39,413 nucleotides of DNA from a virus (lineage: Duplodnaviria > Caudoviricetes). A program made the translations under genes and the position numbers. The first letter of the stretch is position 1, and every line of letters begins with the position of its first letter. The notes under the pieces were generated by a model. The model was not told where the DNA came from, made no database searches, and saw nothing but the letters and a program-made list of their open reading frames with translations. Below are positions 16,601 to 22,884 of the stretch, piece after piece. The stretch covers positions 1-39,413 of IMG/VR virus record IMGVR_UViG_3300044568_001191; one strand, 5' to 3'.

Positions 16601-19002
16601 GCACGCTTGAGGTTATCCTGCGAGAAGTCGCGCACGACTTTGTCGCCGGTCGCTCCACCATAGATGCGGATCACGGATTTGAAGATGCCCTCGGCAAGCA
16701 CACCTTGGTTGCTGGCAAGGACAGGGAAGTTGGCGAGTTCGGCGGGTTCTGAAATATCCTTCCCGATAGTACCTACGGTCTGGAAGAGGTTATCGAGGTT
16801 CTTTTCAGTGGGGTTGGCCTCGTATTCGTTGAGGAGGTCGCGGGGAGCATCGCTCAAAAGGAACTTCTGGATATCCTCGCCTCGACCAATGGATTCATTC
16901 CACCGGTTCAAAAATGACATGGACTCAAAGATGCCACGGGTCGTGCCGGTGATCTGGTTGCGTAAGAGTTCGCTGATGGCGATCTGTGCGGTCTGCGCGT
17001 CTTCGGTGCTGTATCGGACCTCGCCCTTGGGATCGCGGATGACAAACTTTTTGCTGCCATCGGCGAGGGTTTCGCGGGTGAGCGTGTGCGTGTTAGAGTC
17101 TTGCTGCTGCTCTTGAGCGGAGGTGATTTTTCCCTCTATGTAGGACACGCCTGCTTTGACATTCTCCGGGGTGAGCTTACCGAATTCGGTCTGGAAATTT
17201 TGCTGCACTTCGGCCAGGTCTTTTCCGTCCTCGATTTTTTTGATGGCGGCATCGTCCATGCCTGTCATGCGATAGATATCTTGGCGCTCCTCAAATTGGG
17301 CGAAGCGTTTGTTATCTGCAAAGCTGGCTACGCCTGTGCCAAAAAAGATGGTAGGAAGCGATGCGGCGAGGACATCAAGCCGTGACCCTTCCCATTTCTC
17401 AAGGATGGGTTGCCACTTCACATCCGGCACATCGGCTCCGAGCGCCTCGGCGACATCCTGCACCAGCGGGGTGGTGAGGTCTTGAGCGCCTTCCACAAGT
17501 TGCTCGCCGGTGGCGGCGGTCAAGAAGCGCACGCCCGCGCTGCCAGCTTTACCCACGCGAGCGGGGTTGCCGATCTTACGCATGAGTTTCTCAAAGACAG
17601 GGAGCTTACCGAAGAGCGCCTTCGCGCCGGTGCGCTCCATCCCAGCTTGGATGGCTGCGCTCACGCTACCGACCTGTATGGCTTGATCCACATTCATCCC
17701 TTGGCTGCGGAGTTGGTCGTACTCGTCGGAAAACATAGCTGCCCCTGCGAGGTAGGGACCGACGAATGGGACTAAAGCCGTGGCAGTGTAGGCCAGACCT
17801 TGCGGCGAGCCATAGGCCATTGATTCCATGAAACCGAGGAACCCGCCCTTGTTGATCTTTTCGATGGGGTCAAACTGATTGTCAGCGACATTCTTGAGTT
17901 CGCGGATGACCTCGAAACGCTTGACCTTCTGGCGGGCCTTGGCGGCATCGGCGGCGATCTCCTCTGGGGTGACCTTGCGGAGGTCGGCCTCGTCGTGGAA
18001 GGCGCTGTTGGCGAGCGGGATTTTTTCTCCCGTGGATTTGGAAATGAAATAATCTGGTGGAGTTTCTTTGTTCTCCAGCATGCGGAGGTCGGATTCTGCT
18101 GACATCTCCTGTGCGGTGAGCGCCCCTGTGCGGACCATGTTGAGGGTGCGGCTCCAGCTTTCTCCCCACTGCTCCATGAATGTCTTCGGGTCTTGACCGG
18201 CCTTTTTTGCCCCAAGCACGACCGAGGCGTAGGCCCGCTCGCGCACTGGCTTGGGCATGGAGGCGAGGGTGTCCACCATGGAATCCATCTCCTCTTCGTT
18301 CTTGGGGTTGGTCTCCCCTGCCCGCTCGGTATCTCGCCCGGTGACTGCGGAAAAGTGGTCGTAGACCTTTTTGAGAGGCTCGGCGTAGTCGCGGAGCATG
18401 CCCTCGGTCTCGGTGTGGAAGGCTTGCGCGGATTCCAAGAGCGGGGTTTCCCATCCCGGAGGCAGCTTCTTGATCGCCTCGGCGTTCTTGGTCTTCCAAG
18501 TCTCGATCAGTTTGGGAACATCCACGGGATCGCCACCACCGATGGAGTCGAATAGGGAAAGGGCGATGTCGCCGGGGATTTGGTTTGCCGCCTCGGACAC
18601 TTCGTTGCGGGCGTCAATGCCCTGCTTGATGAGGCCAAAGGTTTCCTTCTCTGAAAGTCCATTTTTCCCAGCTACTGACTCTGTCCACTTGTCTCGGAAG
18701 GAAGGGTATGTTTCCTGCTGCTCCTCCGGGGTCTGGTCGAACTGCGAGGCGATGAACTGCCGGTTGGCGGTGCGGTAGCGGGAATCCTCGTCGAAATCCT
18801 GCAACCCAGCCTCGTTCACATAGCCATCGAAGTCGGAGTAGATTTTGTTGAGCGTGTCGAACTGCTCGCGCTTCTGGTCGGCATCCTTCTGGTCGGCCCA
18901 GAGGCGAAGCGCCTCGGCGCGGGAGTCACGCTCTGCTCCTTCCAAAGTGTCGAGGTCGTTGTAGTATGTGGTTGCTGTGTCGTCGTCAATGATGTCGATC
19001 AT
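10681..19002 (-). CDS. Giant internal virion/ejection polyvalent protein (ART-PolyVal-like and HhH-glycosylase-like modules)
   Basis: 2773 aa in the gp16-like position. FKGWFGDWE..SKVVDQDGKPQIVFHGT...YFT...VYPVYL.IKNP...GYDGI...QVKSATGNRGTFD is ART-PolyVal-like. WY...AVFSP..W.QNV...KIRNFYNNI...TVDTHA...QMQSITW forms a second module. Confidence 0.85.
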   Translation of the reverse strand: MIDIIDDDTATTYYNDLDTLEGAERDSRAEALRLWADQKDADQKREQFDTLNKIYSDFDGYVNEAGLQDFDEDSRYRTANRQFIASQFDQTPEEQQETYPSFRDKWTESVAGKNGLSEKETFGLIKQGIDARNEVSEAANQIPGDIALSLFDSIGGGDPVDVPKLIETWKTKNAEAIKKLPPGWETPLLESAQAFHTETEGMLRDYAEPLKKVYDHFSAVTGRDTERAGETNPKNEEEMDSMVDTLASMPKPVRERAYASVVLGAKKAGQDPKTFMEQWGESWSRTLNMVRTGALTAQEMSAESDLRMLENKETPPDYFISKSTGEKIPLANSAFHDEADLRKVTPEEIAADAAKARQKVKRFEVIRELKNVADNQFDPIEKINKGGFLGFMESMAYGSPQGLAYTATALVPFVGPYLAGAAMFSDEYDQLRSQGMNVDQAIQVGSVSAAIQAGMERTGAKALFGKLPVFEKLMRKIGNPARVGKAGSAGVRFLTAATGEQLVEGAQDLTTPLVQDVAEALGADVPDVKWQPILEKWEGSRLDVLAASLPTIFFGTGVASFADNKRFAQFEERQDIYRMTGMDDAAIKKIEDGKDLAEVQQNFQTEFGKLTPENVKAGVSYIEGKITSAQEQQQDSNTHTLTRETLADGSKKFVIRDPKGEVRYSTEDAQTAQIAISELLRNQITGTTRGIFESMSFLNRWNESIGRGEDIQKFLLSDAPRDLLNEYEANPTEKNLDNLFQTVGTIGKDISEPAELANFPVLASNQGVLAEGIFKSVIRIYGGATGDKVVRDFSQDNLKRAIAEQRITMDWVRENLNQVIPLIDSERITGHTLRTETDTDVIESFSDVALAYMTGRIREEQIPAGFRGFLRRMAIVVKDIYRRAYNLKRAIAEGKVDANFESFLADSVGLNQQARVDTARERVASDVLTDTGATNYSIGTTPFKGWFGDWENDPQTSSKVVDQDGKPQIVFHGTQRPDRVGDRFRKSRATSGPMAYFTSDPEVASSYATGKMDTSMEMPSDYAGWFKWKGKGMRSPVNIDQAWWNLSEAERATIKERIYTVGYSNADEYTGPIVADSQSIMSRDSIDYELRQARGNALRAMVEMWLSSGSLFNQEEKFLEVLQAAGVKGASLDDPNSVRSAVYPVYLDIKNPLDTADIPTDVISALEQAGKRKRAKQSAGKNADSWDKNTISGNEWMAALKEDMAKGSTHAWTRIPDWVTETLSTFGYDGIKDTGGKRGGVQHQVWIPFNETQVKSATGNRGTFDPTSPNINYSIGKKKSAGGIRFDEITKEDPKHDGSRVGTAWQGKVKPTTQDTNDGIATINAKELEKQMAMLTHFVDGVPLPEFITKFQNPEERMRAFIDFQKGNLLALYDAFDDLSHDYVIRSTHWYDGARLLAEGIRDLYGLTIEQSSAVIAVFSPMKDWFQNVAMGQRFADVMANHKNTQISKATVGNAMSEMLTAAENESDLRKAFKKIKGRSISQLLADKTEEGRKVTAVAVRLMSTHVHGLTHDVLSPEGESLGIRKNLNGTNKKLVWQSYTFIEKAISIYEDGSAKNISKVLGTEHKIRNFYNNIVAPTSPYGDATVDTHAVNAAVLFPMGNKGYLVNLNFGGAGVAGGGNSGTYWLFHEALREAAAARKVMPRQMQSITWEAIRGLFTDVKKRDKNFVANIAKIWQSSQDANSARTQIIKLGITPPEWARVGSANSGIQGSVGKNAGQNANSAGSVQSGVRQGRKGGDGSGGVNYSIASQSEIDRVNKALGGMNRGPDERLKVYQRAKAKFSKLMAWNSDELAAMADTGSDDSQIRRTQILQALGELDGILSVLPPEVRGRVGGYTKLAGIAPMDVLKDGVKISEVSGMKGALISAWMDQGLNIGQAGKKVDFPPGYEATENLSTKRADKSIADFFRDRIKRMDTELEKVLVREYTEAITKVVKQSRPKAGDNGVRKSTLGAETQKFADTVLRATLLDDEATAKRMAEIEAALTLPDATAEDISALSEEWSILNTFGDLDNRSSETLAQGLDWLKGQFQMGREAWRIKEQARIDEQRARNAATIEWLGKGTAKKRNATKTKSELASDLANHYLLSHANFEQFVTAIFPPEIATKWSDRLRKADEASQAAEIRDRKGIIDAVRAGAKAANMSTADAMLWLKADQKNAVSYLEGRKVKDERIAIDLAQKIVTGEADRSKLTDSDVETLRNELAALPADTQKEFVTIKRVIFRGEDVKLDMSRGKAMQYLLSWNQPDVQIKMRKEGWTDDSAADLKALVNDPVSREVMAYAKELYGKGAGIVNPVYSRMFGMNMPQVKNYAPTRFINAKDTKDIGLDGSPSSTGTTPGFAKSRVTHSAKIAPEDALNVMQGHIAQQAHWVHFAELAREFRAILSNPEVRESIKQTHGESVLKDAELWADQMEQRGGNKARESTWMNTILGTVLSGKAVSSLGFNLKTLAMQLDNSIRFGLALDMSQIVSALSNPSTIVEDIQTVWESEAIQNRLQGGATAEAKFLFSRYAGKPNFAAKIAEASMTPINWMDSAATSISSAIVYRANLIDALKAGMPEQLAKQTALDAASKAIYQFAQPVSFGQKSIIENNGNVMAKMFFLFMSDARLKTAVLADAARGLATGSGDKGTHIRRILAIETMAVLSHVVSSAFRDGLSDDDDEEIWNLGGFAKAILLAPLQGYFFAGTLGELAISKLTGQKTFNSTTQNPLLSAMEQGVRAGNNLEDAFDLDDPDAMFKEWNNIFRSMALSPAMAAPAVLLNMVKPVMGLYENAKTED
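16210..16224 (-). promoter_or_regulatory. Conserved 15-bp box, copy 4 (intragenic)
   Basis: Exact copy encoding VLTDT, 9 nt before the NYSIG boundary of the ART module. Confidence 0.5.
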
Positions 19003-19008
19003 GTAAAA

Positions 19009-20952
19009 TTAAGCGTTGGGGGCTTTACGGAAGGACAGGACAGCCATGCCATCGTTCTTTTGTTTTCCTCCCGGCGAATGGAAGTCGAAGCGACCAGTGA
19101 GAGGTTTGCCGAATTTTTCGATGGCTTGCTTGTCCTGCATGGTGCGGTCATCCCAGTTGCGAACCACGGTTGATCCATCGGCGAGCGTGAGTTCCACGGG
19201 GTCGCCCTCGCCGATTCCTGCGGCTTTGAATTTGCCTTCGATATCGGGCGAGATGGCAAGCGAGTTTTCTTTGAGCTTGTTGTCCCAAGCCCCGATTCCG
19301 GCACGCGAATTAGAATCCGAGTGGGCATCTCCTTTGAAGCCATAACTCGTCACTTTCCCTTCGGCTTTGGCAATGTCCTCCTTGGAGGATTTTTTGTTGA
19401 TGCCATCGGCCTTGGAGGTTTTCGGTGGGGCGTCGGCCTTTTTGCGAACATCGTCGGTCGAAATGGCTGGCTTGGATGGAGCGAACCATGAACTCGGATA
19501 CCACCAAGACGACCCGCCGGACTTGGGTGTCTGTATTTCTTTATCTGCCTTGAGGATTTCGTTGAGCTTTTCGTAGACCTTGGTTTGGTCCCTTGCTTCT
19601 TTGGGGTTTGCCTTGGCCCAGTTTTCCAAGTTGCTTTTGAACCCGGCAAACTTCTTTCCTGCGGCGAGGAATTTCGGCACTTCGGCATCTGCCATCTTGC
19701 CGTCATCTTCTTTCCATGTTCCGAATTGGCCTTTGGTGAAAAGGGTCTTGAGTTGAGATGTCGCTTCGTTGACTGGGGTAGTCTCTTTTGGGTTGTTCCA
19801 CTTGTCCCGCAGAGAGGAGAGGAGTTCGCCACGCTCGCCTTCGGGAAGTTGGCGGATGGAGTCTTTTATTTTAAGATATTCGGAGCGGTTCTTGTCGTCC
19901 TTATTTGCATCGTAGGCATCGACCATGGCCAGCAATGTCGGGCGCATGGCGAGGGCTTTTTCCATTTCCGCTGGGGTCTTGGATAGCGTATCAATCGCCG
20001 CCAGAATCCGGCGCTCTGGCAAGACGCCTTCTGCCACATTGCGGATGTCTTCTGGCTTGGTCATTTGTCCAGACAGGATCAATTGATCCACGTCATCCTC
20101 GATGTTGTTGCGGTAGACGCTGGCTTCGCTGCGAGCGTTGCTGTAGGCACGAACCAAGTCGGATTTCTCAGTGAGGTGTGGGAAGAGTTCTGACTTTCCT
20201 GTTTGTATTGCTTTCTCCAAATCTGCTTCTGCGCCGATGGGGTTTTTGATAATGTCGCTTGCGACATTGGCGTCACGTTGCACCTTTGATTTGCGGATGA
20301 TATCATCCTGCATCATGGCTTTTTCAAGCTTGCCTTGTTCTTCAGAAAATACTCCTTTCTTGACCCCTTCGTCAATGGCGGCAAATGCGCCTTCATAGTC
20401 ATCATCGGCCATCTTTTTTACAGCGTTGGCCTTGGTGTTCATGCGGTATCCTTCGATACGCTTCTGGTTAGCTTGTCCTTCGATTTTGACTTTAGATAAC
20501 TCAGCCCATCGGTCCATTGTTGGGGAGAGTTTAGCGAATGTGTTTTTGGACATTCCAATCTCGGAGATTTGTTTTCTGGTATCAGCGACATTCGATGCCC
20601 ACTTCTCTTGCCATTTCTCGACAGGAGTCGTGTCTTGGTCATTGGCCTGCTTCTCAAGGGCGATCCGCATGAGGGTATCTGCACGGGTTTGGTCATCGTT
20701 CTCCTTCGCCTCGGCCATCTTGGTCGCGAAGCGGATGCCGAGGGTGGCGGCATCGCTCATCGCGTCACCGATCTTGCCCATGCCGATGGCCTCGCCCGCA
20801 AAGGCGTTGAGGTTGTAGGTCTGCAACTGCATGTCCTTGGCGACCCCGCGCATGGCGTTGGGGTCCATGGCTGCGGACCCGCCGAGTTGGGCAAACCGTG
20901 GAGCAATAATTCCTCCGGCATTGGGAATGTCTGTAAGTTTGATCGCTGGCAT
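19009..20952 (-). CDS. Internal virion/ejection protein with C-terminal DPBB/3D-like murein hydrolase domain
   Basis: Helical 647-aa protein in the gp15-like position. C-terminal VTSYG...LAISPD...GDPVEL...WDDR...GRFDFH. Confidence 0.7.
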   Translation of the reverse strand: MPAIKLTDIPNAGGIIAPRFAQLGGSAAMDPNAMRGVAKDMQLQTYNLNAFAGEAIGMGKIGDAMSDAATLGIRFATKMAEAKENDDQTRADTLMRIALEKQANDQDTTPVEKWQEKWASNVADTRKQISEIGMSKNTFAKLSPTMDRWAELSKVKIEGQANQKRIEGYRMNTKANAVKKMADDDYEGAFAAIDEGVKKGVFSEEQGKLEKAMMQDDIIRKSKVQRDANVASDIIKNPIGAEADLEKAIQTGKSELFPHLTEKSDLVRAYSNARSEASVYRNNIEDDVDQLILSGQMTKPEDIRNVAEGVLPERRILAAIDTLSKTPAEMEKALAMRPTLLAMVDAYDANKDDKNRSEYLKIKDSIRQLPEGERGELLSSLRDKWNNPKETTPVNEATSQLKTLFTKGQFGTWKEDDGKMADAEVPKFLAAGKKFAGFKSNLENWAKANPKEARDQTKVYEKLNEILKADKEIQTPKSGGSSWWYPSSWFAPSKPAISTDDVRKKADAPPKTSKADGINKKSSKEDIAKAEGKVTSYGFKGDAHSDSNSRAGIGAWDNKLKENSLAISPDIEGKFKAAGIGEGDPVELTLADGSTVVRNWDDRTMQDKQAIEKFGKPLTGRFDFHSPGGKQKNDGMAVLSFRKAPNA

Positions 20953-20954
20953 GG

Positions 20955-22469
20955 TTATTTTCCTGTTGCTGTTGATGTGCCTTTTGCTTTGCCGTTCCCC
21001 CCACCAGACCCCGATCCGCTTGCGGCCTGCGATCCGTAGTAACCGGCCTGCGAAATGTTGGAGAGTGCGGACCCGTACCCGGCCATCATGGTTCCCCGCG
21101 ATTGAGATATGCCTGCCCGTTGCTCAATGGCGGCTTGACGCATCGCGATTCGGTATCCTGCGCCAGCGGCTTCTTCTGCAAATTTTGCGTCATTGAATTG
21201 CATCTTTGCCGCCGAAGCATTCATTCCAGACTCAAAGAGATTTTGATTCAAATTGAACTGAAGCATACGTCCGTTTGCATCGAATTCATTTCGCATTGAG
21301 TTGGCTTGAGATGCAATGAGGGAGGAATCGAGGACTCCCGCATTCTTTTGTCCGATGTCTTCAAAGGCAATTAGGGATCGATTGACTCCGGCCTTTAATC
21401 CCGACGACATCATTTCGTATGCGCCTATCAACGTGTTGATGTCTGCTTGGTCGCGCATCTGCCCCGATTCAAAGTTGGTCACTTTTGCGTTATAATCGAT
21501 GACGGATGCTTTTTGTTCAGCGGACATCATTTCGTATTCACCGATACCCTTGTTAATCTCAGCTTGGTCGCGCATCCGACCCGATTCAAAGTTGGTCACT
21601 TTTGCGTTGTGATCGATGACGCCTGCTTCGTAGCGTTTTTTGTTGTACTCAAATGTGGCAATCTGTTTTGCGTTAGAAACGGTAATATCAAACTCGTTGG
21701 CGGTATCAGCCAAAACAGCTAATGGAGAACCCTCGGAAGTGACTCCTCCTGCGGCATACTTGCTTTTTTGTAATCCAAGGATGCGATCCTTCTCGGCGCG
21801 TATACGATCCACTTGGTCGCGTGATTGCTTGGCTTCTAGTTCTGCTTGTTGCCGCAGCATGGTTGCGGAATTGCGTTGCAAATCCGCCTGCATGTCATTG
21901 AAGCTAGCATTCTGCTTCAGTTGTTCGTTCTCGTATGTGCTAGCTTGATTTTGAAATTTTGCTTGGTCAAGAAGCGTGGTCGCGGAATTGCGCTGCAAAT
22001 CCGCTTGCATGTCATTGAAGTTAGCATTCTGCCTAAGCTGTTCGTTCGCGTAGTTGCTGGCTTGGTTTTGAAATTTTGATTGTTGAAGGTCTTGGTCGTT
22101 TTTGAAGTTGGCAACTTGAGTATTAAGCTCACCTTGAACTCGATTTTGTTCGTTTTGCCAATTAGCCACTTGCGTGGATTGTTCCATCTGCGCCCTCTGT
22201 TGAGCGATTTGCGCCGTCTGGACTGAGTTTGAAAATTGAGCTTGTTGCTTTTGTTGCTCCGCATTGAATCCGGCGATCTGGCTGTTGAATTGGTCGGCCT
22301 GCGCGGCACGTTCCCCGGCGAGGCGTTGCCATGAGGCGTTCTGCTCTTGGGCCATGCGGTTGTACTCGGCCATCGCGGCCTGCGCGCTTGACTGCTCGTT
22401 CGCCGAATAGATCGAGACGCCAGCGGAGACGACTGCGGCAACTGCGGCAATTGCGGTAAAATAGCTCAT
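20955..22469 (-). CDS. Internal virion protein (gp14-like), Q/N-rich with internal repeats
   Basis: Hydrophobic Ala-rich N-terminus, central AAGGVTSEGSPL motif, two 117-bp duplications. Confidence 0.75.
   Translation of the reverse strand: MSYFTAIAAVAAVVSAGVSIYSANEQSSAQAAMAEYNRMAQEQNASWQRLAGERAAQADQFNSQIAGFNAEQQKQQAQFSNSVQTAQIAQQRAQMEQSTQVANWQNEQNRVQGELNTQVANFKNDQDLQQSKFQNQASNYANEQLRQNANFNDMQADLQRNSATTLLDQAKFQNQASTYENEQLKQNASFNDMQADLQRNSATMLRQQAELEAKQSRDQVDRIRAEKDRILGLQKSKYAAGGVTSEGSPLAVLADTANEFDITVSNAKQIATFEYNKKRYEAGVIDHNAKVTNFESGRMRDQAEINKGIGEYEMMSAEQKASVIDYNAKVTNFESGQMRDQADINTLIGAYEMMSSGLKAGVNRSLIAFEDIGQKNAGVLDSSLIASQANSMRNEFDANGRMLQFNLNQNLFESGMNASAAKMQFNDAKFAEEAAGAGYRIAMRQAAIEQRAGISQSRGTMMAGYGSALSNISQAGYYGSQAASGSGSGGGNGKAKGTSTATGK
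21702..21716 (-). promoter_or_regulatory. Conserved box variant, copy 5 (intragenic, 1 mismatch)
   Basis: GTTTTGGCTGATACC, encoding VLADT. Confidence 0.3.
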
Positions 22470-22470
22470 A

Positions 22471-22884
22471 TTATTGAAGGTATTGAACTAAATGGATCAT
22501 ATTTTCGTCGGTTCGTTTGAACCCAGTTTTTTCGTAAACCTTGGCGAGCGAATCCTGTTTACATGTCGTGAGCATGATGGTGTATCCCATGTCCTTGGCG
22601 CGGTCTCGCAGGAATGAGGCGACACACTTGATTCCTTTGTAGACCTTCTTTGGCGCGGCTTCTGGGTCTGCCACCATCCACTCTAAAATTGAAACTCCAC
22701 AACTATTGTCGAGGTACACCCATCCCGATGCGACAGGCTTTTCATTGAAAAAAGCCATCACGCCAAGCTTTGGAAGAAATGCCTTATGCAAGGCGGGCCA
22801 CCCATGCCCCTCCCACCATCCGGCTACGGTCTCGTAATCGGTTTCTGGGTCAAACATTTTGAGGGTTGGAACTATGTCATTCAT
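22471..22884 (-). CDS. GNAT-fold acetyltransferase-like virion-module protein
   Basis: AKDMGYTIMLTT..SLAKVYEKTGF is a GNAT-like C-terminus. Lies between the nozzle and ejection genes (gp13-like position). Confidence 0.65.
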   Translation of the reverse strand: MNDIVPTLKMFDPETDYETVAGWWEGHGWPALHKAFLPKLGVMAFFNEKPVASGWVYLDNSCGVSILEWMVADPEAAPKKVYKGIKCVASFLRDRAKDMGYTIMLTTCKQDSLAKVYEKTGFKRTDENMIHLVQYLQ

